A stretch of 51,443 nucleotides of DNA from Bacteroidota bacterium (GCA_038744895.1 JBCDLV010000001.1:1-51443), one strand, 5' to 3'; numbered from the stretch's first letter, positions 26,000 through 35,929 are shown. The notes: generated from the letters alone by a model not told the origin. Made by a program: numbers and translations.

Positions 26000-27187
26000 C
26001 TATGCCGCAGTAGGCGGAACGTCCCAGCGCACGTGACACCGCTGCGTTTCTTCCCAGAGGATGCCTTCTCCGAGGCTCTGGCGCTGGCGCTCGGGGACGC
26101 GCGTCCCGAACGCGCGCTCCACGGCGGGACCCAGTTCTGGTTTTACGAGACGGAGGGCTTCGGGGCCGGGTGCACCCACGCCGCCGACCTCTTCGAGTCG
26201 CGCCGCTTGGCGCTCGCTCAACTCCGACGCGAGCCACTCAGCGTCCTCCGTCAGACCAACGGCGGTAAGTCTCCGCAACGTTCCCGCCGCAAGAAGGCGC
26301 TGGCGGGAGAAGTTCTGGACTCGAACACGGTCGAAGCCACCAGCTAAGCATTTCCGCTCCAAGAGCGTCCCTCCCGGCATGGCGTCCCACTCGTTCCCGG
26401 CTCTGTCCTGAAGACACGCTTCGACATCGGTGCGTAGGATCCTCCTCTCCGCAGGGGTCGAGCCGTTGATGACTCGCCGGACCACCAGGAGGGCGATGGC
26501 TTCCCAGATCGATTTCAGCTCTGGTAACCGGCGCTCCCGCTCGGGGTCGAGCTCGCTCAGCGTCTGGTGGAGTTCGTCGGGCCAGTTGAACTCGCGGAGG
26601 CGGGGATCTTCGGTCTCGATTCGAGTCCGCAGGAGAAGGTCCAGCGCCTCGGCCACGTCCAGTGCCTCCCCGTGGTCCTCTCGCATTCTGCGGGCGATCT
26701 CTGGGCAGAGAGCGGCCTTAAACGCGGCGAGCTCTCCGGATTCCTCGGATGTCAACGCCCCATCCAACCGACGCAGAAGGAGGTCTTTGAGCCGGTACAG
26801 CGGACCGCACCCGAGACCCCGTGGGCGACTCGTTGGGTCCGCCGCCCGGTTCGACACGAAGTGGAACGTGCAACCTGGGCTGAAATGGTCGCGCACCGCG
26901 TACTGCTTGCACAGCACAGCCATGACCTCCGGGAAGCGCCACGCCCCGCGGCTCTCGTCTCGCGTCTTTATCTGACGGAGTTCGTGGATGCCCCCACGTT
27001 CGACCACGAGGTCGTCTCCGTATTCGGAGTATATCGCTACGATGTCAGAGTCCGTCCGCAGCATCCGAACGCAATAGGCCACGGTGTACTGGACCTGTGC
27101 GAAGTAGCGACGGAGCGTGTCGGATCCCGTGTCGTCGAGTTCACGGGATATCGAGAGGAGGAGGCGCTGGTCTCGTGCCTTGAGCAT
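26000..27187 (-). CDS. lmuA: Lamassu effector: Cap4-type (DUF4297) dsDNA endonuclease plus ABC-3C C-terminal domain
   Basis: DTGSDTLRRY..Q...EYGDDLVV...RQIKTR (PD-(D/E)XK variant), FHFVSN, C-terminal GILWEETQRCHVRW. Confidence 0.85.
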   Translation of the reverse strand: MLKARDQRLLLSISRELDDTGSDTLRRYFAQVQYTVAYCVRMLRTDSDIVAIYSEYGDDLVVERGGIHELRQIKTRDESRGAWRFPEVMAVLCKQYAVRDHFSPGCTFHFVSNRAADPTSRPRGLGCGPLYRLKDLLLRRLDGALTSEESGELAAFKAALCPEIARRMREDHGEALDVAEALDLLLRTRIETEDPRLREFNWPDELHQTLSELDPERERRLPELKSIWEAIALLVVRRVINGSTPAERRILRTDVEACLQDRAGNEWDAMPGGTLLERKCLAGGFDRVRVQNFSRQRLLAAGTLRRLTAVGLTEDAEWLASELSERQAARLEEVGGVGAPGPEALRLVKPELGPAVERAFGTRVPERQRQSLGEGILWEETQRCHVRWDVPPTAA

Positions 27188-27242
27188 TGTCAGGGGCGGC
27201 GCTTGCTAGCCGACGGGCCTGTCGTGGTTCCAGGGATGCGCC

Positions 27243-28670
27243 TCATGTCGGCTCACCGAACAGCGCGTCGACCGGCACGTGCACCGCTTCGCCCCCCTCG
27301 ACCCGCGCCGCCGCCCGGTCGTCCAGCCCGCCCCCCGTGAACAGCACTGGCGTCACGGCCTCGACGCCCCCCGCCTCGGCGGCCACGAGCGCCCCCCGGC
27401 GGAGCAGCGTGTCCAGGTCGCGCCCGTCCGCCCGGCCCCACTTGCACTCGCCGACCAGCAGGCCCCCCTCGCCGTCGAGCGCCACGACGTCCACCTCCTC
27501 GCGGCCGTCGCCGGTCCACCAGCTCCCCACCTGGATCGGCCGGAACGTGAGCCGCGGCGACCCGCCGCGCGCCACCCACTGGCGACACACGGCCTCAAAC
27601 ACGCCAGCCACGTGCGCCTCGTCCAGGCGCGGCTCCACGACCCGCTCCCAGAGCGCCTCGGGCTCGACGAGCGAGGCCAGCCCCCGCCCCTTGACGTCGG
27701 CCACGAACCGGTGCCAGAACGCGAGGTACGGGTCCGAGAGCCGGTACTGCACCCGCTTCGGGTTCGGGCGGGGGTACTCCGTCACCGGCGCCACGCGCTC
27801 GACGACCTCCATGCCGAGGAGCCAGTCGAGCGGGCGTTTGAGCGCGCTCGTCTGCTTGCCCACCCGGCTCGTGATCCGGCTCCACCGCCGCTCGCCCGAC
27901 GCGATCGCCTCGACGACCGAGTAGTGCACGGCCGCGTCCGCCAGGAAGGCGTCGAAGACGTGGGCGGCCTCGTCGTAGAGCCGCCCCGAGGCGTCCAGCA
28001 CGTGCCGCGCCACGTTCTCGCCCAGCGACCTCTCGGGGTCCACGAGCGCGAGGTGCCCCGGCAGGCCGCCGAACACGGCGTAGAGCCGGACGCGGTCCCG
28101 CGCGCTCCACGCGGGCACGAAACGCGCCGCGTCGACGGCGTCGAACGGCCGGACGTCCAGGCGCGCCGTCCGCCGCCCGTACAGCGGCTGGTCGGCGCCG
28201 ACCAGCCGCTTCATCGCCGTCACGTGGCTCCCGCTCAGCACGAGCGTCACGCGCGTGTCCCTGAGGCGGTGGTCCCACCACGACTGCACGATCGACGGGA
28301 GCGCGGGCGCCGCCTCGGCCAGGTAGGGGAACTCGTCGAGCACGAACGCGAACGGCGCGCCCGCCGCCCGCTCGACCACGTACGCCAGCACGTCGTCCCA
28401 GTCGGGCAGCGCCACACGCTTCAGCGCCGCGTCGCCGAACCGCTCGCCCAGCGCCCGGCTCACGTCGAGGAGCTGCTCCCGCTCCGTCTTCCGCGTCGCC
28501 TGGACGTACACGCCGCCCACGGCCTCGACGAATCGCGTCAGCAGGAAGCTCTTGCCCGCCCTGCGGCGGCCCACGACGAGCACGAGTCCCGGCCCCGGCT
28601 CCTCGACGGCGCGGGCGAGATGCGACCACTCGCGGTCGCGGTCCAAGACGTCGGGGGGCTTCGGAGGCAT
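27243..28670 (-). CDS. AAA+ ATPase (archaeal-ATPase type) with wHTH and C-terminal DUF234/PD-(D/E)XK domain
   Basis: GRRRAGKS, VLDEFPYL, LSGS, LYGRRT, FGGLP, DPYLAFWHRFV, EEVDVVA...GECKW; ATG at 28670. Confidence 0.9.
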   Translation of the reverse strand: MPPKPPDVLDRDREWSHLARAVEEPGPGLVLVVGRRRAGKSFLLTRFVEAVGGVYVQATRKTEREQLLDVSRALGERFGDAALKRVALPDWDDVLAYVVERAAGAPFAFVLDEFPYLAEAAPALPSIVQSWWDHRLRDTRVTLVLSGSHVTAMKRLVGADQPLYGRRTARLDVRPFDAVDAARFVPAWSARDRVRLYAVFGGLPGHLALVDPERSLGENVARHVLDASGRLYDEAAHVFDAFLADAAVHYSVVEAIASGERRWSRITSRVGKQTSALKRPLDWLLGMEVVERVAPVTEYPRPNPKRVQYRLSDPYLAFWHRFVADVKGRGLASLVEPEALWERVVEPRLDEAHVAGVFEAVCRQWVARGGSPRLTFRPIQVGSWWTGDGREEVDVVALDGEGGLLVGECKWGRADGRDLDTLLRRGALVAAEAGGVEAVTPVLFTGGGLDDRAAARVEGGEAVHVPVDALFGEPT

Positions 28671-28697
28671 GGGCGGACAGGCAGGCCGCAAGGTAAC

Positions 28698-28726
28698 TTC
28701 CGCCGTTGTTACTAACACGAGCGGAA
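28698..28726. promoter_or_regulatory. Dyad TTCCGC-N3-TGTTA-C-TAACA-N3-GCGGAA, putative operator of the ATPase gene
   Basis: Symmetric about 28712, in a locally AT-rich patch 28 bp upstream of ATG 28670. Confidence 0.55.
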
Positions 28727-28831
28727 TAATCTTCGAACCGGGCTGCCTCCGCGGCCTTTCCAAGGCCGGCTCCTGAACCGACGTCCTGATCCTGCTCGCC
28801 CGCGCGATCCGCGGGACGGGCAAACGCGCGA

Positions 28832-28889
28832 GGGGCCGGCGGACTGTCCGCCGGCCCCCCTGATCTCCCAGAGGTACCACCCTCTGGGA
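28832..28889. repeat. Two adjacent inverted repeats (13-bp arms; 9-bp arms)
   Basis: GGGGCCGGCGGAC-T-GTCCGCCGGCCCC (28832-28858) and TCCCAGAGG-N6-CCTCTGGGA (28866-28889). Confidence 0.85.
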
Positions 28890-29163
28890 ACACACACATG
28901 CTGCTCCGCGGCCGCGAGGGGTCGCGGAGGACGCGCACTCCCATGGTAGGGGAACGCCGCGTCGTCGACCGCCCCGATGTCACGGATTGGACCGATGTCG
29001 TCACCAGTCCGCCGTCCTCAGGCATAGAGCAACTCCGCCGACCAGACGCAGGCGGCTCGCGCCACCGGGCCGGGTGGCCCCGTGCGCGCTCGAATGGAGA
29101 GGGGAGAGGCCGACACCCCGCCCCGCCGCGCGGAGGACCGCACGGCGCCCCACCGCGCCAGGG

Positions 29164-31002
29164 TCAGAGCTGGGGCCTGACGCGGAGCGACGGCAGCGGG
29201 CGCGGCGACCGCTCCTCGAAGCTCTCCTCACTCGTCGCCATCGCGTCCGCCACGCGCATCAACTCCTCCGTCCGGTCCCGCGCGTACTCCGCCTGGCCCT
29301 TCCGCGCCCACCCGTAGACGGGCCTCTCCACCGGAAGGCTCTCCACCATCTCTCGGACCGACGCCTCGCCCGTCCCCTTCGCGTCGTACCCGCCCCGGAG
29401 CGCCAGCAGCGCCCGCTCGAGGAGCGTCATGAACGTCCGGTACCGCGTCCACCGGTGCCCGCCCCACGTCGCCTCGGGAGCTCCCGGCAGCGCGTCGTCC
29501 CCTTGGCCGGGCTCGAACTTCGCCATCAGCGCCTGCGCCGCCGCCTCGCCCCGTTTGGCAAGACGCTCGATGACCGGGGCCGGCATGTCGAGGTTCAGGC
29601 CGCCCTCGTCGGTCCCCACGCGGACGTGCGCGATCCGGTCGCGGTAGCCCGGGAGCCGCATCATCGTCGTGTCGTTCCAGTTGCGGGCCGACCGGAACAG
29701 GGCGCCGACGAACCCGCCCAGCCCCTCGACCGGCGTCCAGGCATCGAGGCGGCCGTCCCTCCCAGTCGCGGGCACGTAGACGTTCTGGCGCTCGTCGCCC
29801 GACCGCGACCGCCCGAGCGGGAACGGCCGCAGGTTCATCGCGAACGTCGGCTCCAGGGGGATCGGGTCGTCGAACAGGTGGATCGGGAAGTTGCTGCTCA
29901 GGCCCCCGTCCGAGAACCAGCACCGATTGCGATACCCCTTGATCGTCCGGTCGGGGTGTGCCCGGTTCGCCTGGTAAAGCGGTACCGCGGCGATCAGGCC
30001 GGGAAAGCTCAGGCTCATCCGCGCCGCCACCACGACGGGCAGGTCGGCCGCCTCGGGGAGCACCCGGAGCGCCTCGTCGTTCGGCGCCCGCTTCTCCGGG
30101 TCCTCCGAGTGGCTCACCAACCACTCCACCACCGACGACGGGAAGTACCGCCGCATCTCGCGCGGGCTGAACCAGAACGCCTCGTCGCTGTCCCGCATGA
30201 ACGGGAGCTGGTAGGGCCGCCCGTGCGTGAGGTTCGTCGTGATCATCGTGAGCTCGATGGCCTCCGGACCGCCCGGCGAGTCTCCGCCCCACAGGTCGCG
30301 GAACGTCAGCGGGCCGTCCCCGGCCGCCTGGCCCGCCAGCCGGTCGATGAGCGAGGTCAGCCACGGCGTGAGGGCCTCGCCCGGACCGTCGCCCGGCATC
30401 CCGTAGCACATCCCGTACCCCTGCTCCGGCAGCACCCGGAGCGCCCGGCGCACCAGCGAGACGGCCGCGAGCACCAGCCCGACGACGAGTCCCACGACGC
30501 CGCCCGCCACCAAGCCGGCCGTCGTCCCACCGCTCAGCCACCCCCCAAGCCCGACGCCGCCCCCGACGCCGACGGCCACCGCGAGTGGGGCCGCTAGGAC
30601 CAAGGCGAGGGCGGCGCCCCACCCGCTCGGCCGGGCCATCACGGCCCGCGCGAACCGCATCAGGGGCCGGGCCTTCGGCGTCGGCTGGAACAGCGCCGAG
30701 AGCGTCGTCCGCGAGCCCCACCCGCCTCGGATCGTCGCCCCGAGGGTCTCGGGCAAGTCGCCGACTTCCGCGAACGGACGGTGGTCCGACGCGACCTCGC
30801 CACGCTCGGCGCGGTCCCGCCCGAGCTGGGCCGCCGCCGCGGTCACGGCCGCGATCGCGCCGGCCGACGTCCCGCCGATCCGCCGCAGCCGGTACCGCTG
30901 CGCGAACGCCACCACCGCGCGCGGGTACACCACGCCGCTGGCGATGCCGCCCTTCATGACGAGGTTGCACAGGGGGCGGGGCGCAGCGGGGGGCGACGGC
31001 AT
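29164..31002 (-). CDS. Patatin-like phospholipase with internal transmembrane segments
   Basis: LVMKGGIASG (Gly loop), GGTSAGA (GxSxG), ARMSLSFP, FSDGGLSSNFP (DGG); ATG at 31002. Confidence 0.9.
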   Translation of the reverse strand: MPSPPAAPRPLCNLVMKGGIASGVVYPRAVVAFAQRYRLRRIGGTSAGAIAAVTAAAAQLGRDRAERGEVASDHRPFAEVGDLPETLGATIRGGWGSRTTLSALFQPTPKARPLMRFARAVMARPSGWGAALALVLAAPLAVAVGVGGGVGLGGWLSGGTTAGLVAGGVVGLVVGLVLAAVSLVRRALRVLPEQGYGMCYGMPGDGPGEALTPWLTSLIDRLAGQAAGDGPLTFRDLWGGDSPGGPEAIELTMITTNLTHGRPYQLPFMRDSDEAFWFSPREMRRYFPSSVVEWLVSHSEDPEKRAPNDEALRVLPEAADLPVVVAARMSLSFPGLIAAVPLYQANRAHPDRTIKGYRNRCWFSDGGLSSNFPIHLFDDPIPLEPTFAMNLRPFPLGRSRSGDERQNVYVPATGRDGRLDAWTPVEGLGGFVGALFRSARNWNDTTMMRLPGYRDRIAHVRVGTDEGGLNLDMPAPVIERLAKRGEAAAQALMAKFEPGQGDDALPGAPEATWGGHRWTRYRTFMTLLERALLALRGGYDAKGTGEASVREMVESLPVERPVYGWARKGQAEYARDRTEELMRVADAMATSEESFEERSPRPLPSLRVRPQL

Positions 31003-31393
31003 GGGACAACAGGAGGACGGCGAGGACAGGCGCGCTCTAGCCCGGGACGAAGACGCTCCTCGTTCAGACGAACGACGCGCGGCCAAGCATACCGAACCCG
31101 GCGCGATCTCCGTGCGCAGGAATGGGCATCCCGTAAGCGCCGGCATTCGGGAGGGAATCTCTGGTGTGCTCCCACGTGCTCTCTGGGCGACACTCGCTCC
31201 CGTGACCCCACGAAGCGGTTCTTCGACGGTGATGGCGCGGACGCCCTCTCCGTCGGGAGCGTCGTCGATCCCTGTGTGACCTCCGCACTCACCTCATGCC
31301 ACCGGCGGATCGGGCGGCACGAGGGAAACCGAGGCGGTTCCCGAGATCGACTCCCGGCTCGCGCTCACCGTCAGCAAGTCCCGGGGGCTGAGG

Positions 31394-31879
31394 TCAGCCG
31401 GCGGCCTCGATCCACCGCACCGACATCTCCGCGAGCGTCTCGCCGCCCGGCCCCTGGAGCGGGATCACGTCAGGTTTCACGACCCCGCCGACCTCGGACA
31501 GCCGGACCCGGTAGCGCGCCACCACGTCGTCCTCGGCGAGGTCGTCGTCCAGGACCTCCACCCACAGCACGTCCTCCATCTCGGCTCGGACGCCGTTCAA
31601 CGCCCACCGTAGCGGGTACTGACTCGGGACGGCGTCGCGCACCGTCTCGCCTCGGAAGAGCACCCCGCCGTCGGCATCGCGGACCACCACGTATGGGTCG
31701 GCCGCCCCGCTCCGATCCCACGCCCCGCCGCCGGGCTTCGACGGGGGGAGCGTGCGCAGGGTGATCGCGTCCACCTCGCCGCCCGCGTACGTCGGGAGGG
31801 CGGCGTCGATGGCGTCGACGAGGCCCGCACAGCCCGCGAGGGGCAACAAGAGAACGAACAGGGTGGAGCGGATCGACAT
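31394..31879 (-). CDS. Lipoprotein with a C2-like beta-sandwich domain
   Basis: Lipobox LLLPLAG/C; WDRSGAADPYVVV and VEVLDDDLAEDDVV resemble the C2 Ca-binding loops. Confidence 0.7.
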   Translation of the reverse strand: MSIRSTLFVLLLPLAGCAGLVDAIDAALPTYAGGEVDAITLRTLPPSKPGGGAWDRSGAADPYVVVRDADGGVLFRGETVRDAVPSQYPLRWALNGVRAEMEDVLWVEVLDDDLAEDDVVARYRVRLSEVGGVVKPDVIPLQGPGGETLAEMSVRWIEAAG

Positions 31880-32022
31880 GAGGCAGAGGGTGGGGACCGT
31901 AGAATCGGCCATTCTGCACTCGGTTCAAGCGTTCGCGTGGTGGGGGACAGACCGATGACGCGCGGGTGGCATCCAACTGCCGTATTTCCTAGACCCTCCA
32001 TCGACGGCCTTTTTTCGTGCCG

Positions 32023-34026
32023 ATGTCCGACCCCGATGCCCCCGTGGCCCAGGCGCTCCGCTGTGCCGCCGCCCTCGTCCTCGACCAGGGGGCTCATCCA
32101 TTCGAGCCCGACGAGACGTCTGACTCGGCCCTCGCGCCCGCTCTCGACGCCGGGCGGCTGTCTCTCCAGGGCGACGGCGTCGCGTTCACCGATGCCCAGG
32201 ACCTCGAGGCCCTCGTCGTCCGCGAGACCGCGGACCGAACGTCCGCGGCCTGGCCCGACCTCGACGCCGCCCACGCCGTCCTCGGACGGTTCGAGAGACT
32301 CGTTCATCGCCTCGACCTCCCCGATACCGCTTGGCCGGCGCTCTTCGAAGCGCTCGAGACGGACCACGGCCTGAGCCCCTTCGAGATCCTCCGTGTGGCG
32401 GCCGAGACGCCCGCAGGCGACCGTGCGCACCGGGCCGTCTGGACCCTCTACCCGCCCCTCGCCGACGCCCTCGCCCAGCTCGACCCCGACCCGGAGCACC
32501 TCGCGGCCACCCTCTCGCCGGTCATCGACGCGGTCTCCGGCGACGGGATGAACAGGCTAATGCACAACGGCGTCCGGCGCCTCGCCTCCACCTCGCCCGA
32601 GCGCGCCCATGCGCTCGCGTCTGCGTTCGCCGCGAATCCCGGACGGTCGGCCGTCCAGCTAACGGCCAACGCCCTCCTCGGACTCGCCGAGCACGACCCC
32701 GAGGCGGCTCACCGCCGCGCACTCGACCTCTCGCGCGACCCAGCCCCCGGACGTCGCTACGCCGGCGTCGCGGCCCTCGGGTGGCTCGGCGACGCGGGCG
32801 ACCCGGTCCGCCTCGGGGCGACGGTGGAGCGCCTCCGCGGGCTCATCGCTCAACCCGTGGTGCCCGAAGACCTCCCGGTCCTCGCGCACGCCCTCGGAGC
32901 GCTGGCGGACACGCCGGACCCCGCGCCGCCCCACCTCGAGGCCCGCCGTACGCTCGTCGAGGTGGCCCGCGACCAGTTCGACGCCGTCTGCGGGGTCGTC
33001 GCTCGCGTCGCCTCCCGCGTCGCGGGCTCCACCCCCGACGCCGACTGGCTCCACGAGCTCCTGGACGTCCTCTCCCGGACGCCGACCACCTTCGCAGGCG
33101 TCCTCCAGAACCTCGACCACGCGCTCGTCCAGATCCTGAAGGCCGATCCGTCCTGGGTCGTCGGGTACCTCCGGTCCCTCGTCCTCCACCGGCCGCCCTC
33201 CGAGTCAGAGGGCACCGACCGGTTCCCCGACCTCGTGTCGATGACGATGTCGAGCCTCCTCCGGGACCACCTCCCGGCGCTCGAAGCCGAAGTCACGCGC
33301 TGGCTCGCCTCGGGCGACCCGCGCCTCCAAGACGCCGCCTGCGAGGTCATCGCGCACGGGCACGTTCCCGATGGCGGCACCACCCCGTTCCGCATCGCAC
33401 CGGCCGTCCTCGCCTCGCGCTCGGAGGCCGAACTGGAGCGGGTCGTCTTCGCACTCCTGGGCCACACGCACGCCGGGCAGCACCTCGCCCCCCTCCTCGT
33501 CTCGGTCGTCTGGGGGCCGTGGGCCACGCCACGCATCCAGGGCCTCACCGCCAGCGCCCTCGCCGACTCCGCCCTCTACGACTTCCCCGGATCGGCCACC
33601 CGTTACCTCACCCGCCTCGCCGTCCGCGAGGACACCCCGCCCGAGTCGTGGCCGGTCATTGCCCAGGCCCTCGCCCGATCGTCGGAGTACTTCCGCGCCC
33701 TCGACGACCGTCCCAGGCTTAAGGAGCTCGCCCCGCCGGACCACCGCATCCGCCGCCACCTCGCGCTCCTCCAGGACCAGCGGCGAGACATGCAGAAGCG
33801 GGCACACCAGGAGTCGGAGATCCTCAGCCTGTTCACCACGGTGCCGCTCAAGCACGGCCGCGCGTGGTTCTCCGAGCAGGACGGCACGTTCGAGCCCCCC
33901 CGCGAGCTCCAGACCTCGACCTACGAGGTCGAAGTCTGCCGGTCGCTCTTCCACGACCCCCTCGGCTACCTCATGAACAAGCACCACTGGCGCGACCGCG
34001 CCGCCGCACCCCTCCCCACGCCATGA
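32023..34026 (+). CDS. Hypothetical helical-repeat (HEAT-like) protein, 667 aa
   Basis: Long GC3-biased ORF of Ala/Leu-rich helices; ATGA overlap with the downstream nuclease-like gene. Confidence 0.75.
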   Translation: MSDPDAPVAQALRCAAALVLDQGAHPFEPDETSDSALAPALDAGRLSLQGDGVAFTDAQDLEALVVRETADRTSAAWPDLDAAHAVLGRFERLVHRLDLPDTAWPALFEALETDHGLSPFEILRVAAETPAGDRAHRAVWTLYPPLADALAQLDPDPEHLAATLSPVIDAVSGDGMNRLMHNGVRRLASTSPERAHALASAFAANPGRSAVQLTANALLGLAEHDPEAAHRRALDLSRDPAPGRRYAGVAALGWLGDAGDPVRLGATVERLRGLIAQPVVPEDLPVLAHALGALADTPDPAPPHLEARRTLVEVARDQFDAVCGVVARVASRVAGSTPDADWLHELLDVLSRTPTTFAGVLQNLDHALVQILKADPSWVVGYLRSLVLHRPPSESEGTDRFPDLVSMTMSSLLRDHLPALEAEVTRWLASGDPRLQDAACEVIAHGHVPDGGTTPFRIAPAVLASRSEAELERVVFALLGHTHAGQHLAPLLVSVVWGPWATPRIQGLTASALADSALYDFPGSATRYLTRLAVREDTPPESWPVIAQALARSSEYFRALDDRPRLKELAPPDHRIRRHLALLQDQRRDMQKRAHQESEILSLFTTVPLKHGRAWFSEQDGTFEPPRELQTSTYEVEVCRSLFHDPLGYLMNKHHWRDRAAAPLPTP

Positions 34027-34744
34027 GGCTCCTCCTCCGCGAGTACGTCGCCCTCCTCCGCGAGTCCGGCGAGCTCGACGTGCTCGTCCCCGACTTCTTC
34101 CTCTCGATGGGCCTGGAGCCCCTCGCCAAGGCCCAGGTCGGCGTCGGCCAGCACGGCGTCGACGCCTCGGCGGTCGGGACGGACCCCGAGACCGGCGAGC
34201 GGACGCTCTTCCTCGCCACCATCAAGCCGGGCGACGTCTCGCGCGCAAACTGGGACGCGGGGAAGACCGGCGTTCGGGCCTCGCTCAACGAGATCCTCGA
34301 CGTCTACCACCAGCGCCGCCTCCCGACGGCCCACGGGGACCTCCCGGTCCGCATCCTCCTCGTCTGCGGGGGCGACCTCAAGCAGAATGCCGAGGACAAC
34401 TGGAACGGCTTCGTCTCGCGCAACGCCGCGCCCGGTGTCGCCTTCGACTTCTGGGGGGGCGACCGCCTGTCCCTCCTCATCGAGGAGCACCTCCTCGACG
34501 AGCACCTGTTTCCCCCCGACGCCCAGGGCCTCATGCGCAAGGCCCTCGCGCTCCTCGACCAGAACGAGGAGGCCCCGGTCTTCTTCTACCAGCTCGTCGC
34601 CCAGATCCTCACGGACGACCCCTCCTTCTCCGGCGACACGGGCGGTGCGCCGGCCCGCCGCGTCCGCGCGCTCCGCCTCCTCGCCCTCTGCCTGGGCGTG
34701 GTCGTCCGCTGGGCCTCGGACGCCGAGAACACCCGCTCGGCCGC
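34023..34744 (+). pseudogene. PD-(D/E)XK nuclease-like protein, 3'-truncated
   Basis: MRLLLREYV..LRESGELD...GVGQHGVDASAVG...LATIKPGD...SLNEILDVY. After ...WASDAENTRSAA the frame becomes the antisense of the convergent gene and reads through to 35018. Confidence 0.7.
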
Positions 34745-35740
34745 GTCAGCCTCGCCCAGCTTGCCCCCGCGGATGTACTCGTTCATCAGGCGCTCGCCGA
34801 CGAACGCTCGGGCCTTATCGTGGCGGTACCTCGCTGCGTCGTCCTTGATCTTGAGTGCTCGCGCGACCGACGGTCGGTCGATGTCGTCAGGCACTCCCGT
34901 CAGGTTGGGCGGGTCCTCGACGAACATTCGCGTCGCGATCTCGCGCTCGAGCGGGTCCGGGATCTGGGCGATGAGCCCGTCGAGCACTCGGCGGCCCCAG
35001 CGCTCCAAGTCCTCGTAGGCGAGCCGCTCTTCCAGATCCTCGCGGTCTCGGTACCACGCCAGCAGATCGAGAAGGCTGCGCTCGATCTGCCATTCCAGAT
35101 CCTTCCCGTCCTCGTTGGAGCCATTGTTGTCCGCGATCTCCGGCTCGGGAGGAGGCGTGTCCGCGCCGTTCGACGTGGACGGGTGCGAATCAGAAGTGCC
35201 GAGCCCGTCGTCTCGAGTCGCGTCGTCCGACGGCGGATCCAGAAGAATCGCCAGCGCTGAGGGGGAGGGTCCGAGATCAGCCGCACGGTCCTGGTCGCCG
35301 GCGCGGTACAACGCCTTGTCCCACTTGGCGCGTGTTCCGCGGTACCCGTTTAGATCCGGGGACGCCTTCGCGTCGCGGAACCGGCCGTAGCGGAACGACG
35401 ACCAGTTCAGCGCCGAGCGTTGCCCGTTCTCTAACCCCTCCATCATCTTGAGTTGGGTCTCAACGAACAGGCTGTCCTCGCCAAACCCGTTGTGCCCACT
35501 CCGCGCCCACTTGCGCGCGAGGCCACGCACGATGCCCATGTACCCGTGGCTCTCGACAACAAGGTGATGGATCAGCTTTCGCGCGAGGTCAGGGTGACCG
35601 CGCTCCTGAAGGTCGAGGATTGCCTGAACGATCGTTCTCGCGGGGACGGTGTCCGGGCGGGCGGAGGAGATCGTCGCGACGATCTCCGTGAGATCGTCAG
35701 GGAGGTCGTCGTCGGGGGGCACGGCGAGAGGGAGAGACAT
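34586..35740 (-). CDS. Divergent sigma-70-like / HTH protein; native 3' end probably lost near 34744
   Basis: ATG 35740; region-2-like IVRGLARKW...EDSLFVETQLKMM; region-4-like IPDPLEREIATRMF...SVARALKIKDDAARYRHDKAR. The last ~50 aa are antisense of the neighbour. Confidence 0.55.
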   Translation of the reverse strand: MSLPLAVPPDDDLPDDLTEIVATISSARPDTVPARTIVQAILDLQERGHPDLARKLIHHLVVESHGYMGIVRGLARKWARSGHNGFGEDSLFVETQLKMMEGLENGQRSALNWSSFRYGRFRDAKASPDLNGYRGTRAKWDKALYRAGDQDRAADLGPSPSALAILLDPPSDDATRDDGLGTSDSHPSTSNGADTPPPEPEIADNNGSNEDGKDLEWQIERSLLDLLAWYRDREDLEERLAYEDLERWGRRVLDGLIAQIPDPLEREIATRMFVEDPPNLTGVPDDIDRPSVARALKIKDDAARYRHDKARAFVGERLMNEYIRGGKLGEADAAERVFSASEAQRTTTPRQRARRRSARTRRAGAPPVSPEKEGSSVRIWATSW

Positions 35741-35929
35741 CGGAGATGGGAGCAGACGGGTTCGGCGCTGGACGAAGCCACGGGAAGTTGGACTCTCGGG
35801 TAGACGGAGCTTGCCGCGCGCCGATGAGAATCCACCATCGTTTTTTGCTCTCCGTCGCCCCGGCAGTGGGATGTGGCAGCGAGTTGGACGAGCAAATGCT
35901 ACCATCAGTGGTGGTCCCGTAGTGGGGCA

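Noticed and set aside
31200-31392. Peptide LALTVSKSRGLR resembling a UvrD C-terminal motif
   Set aside because: A single short motif with no supporting ORF; may be chance.
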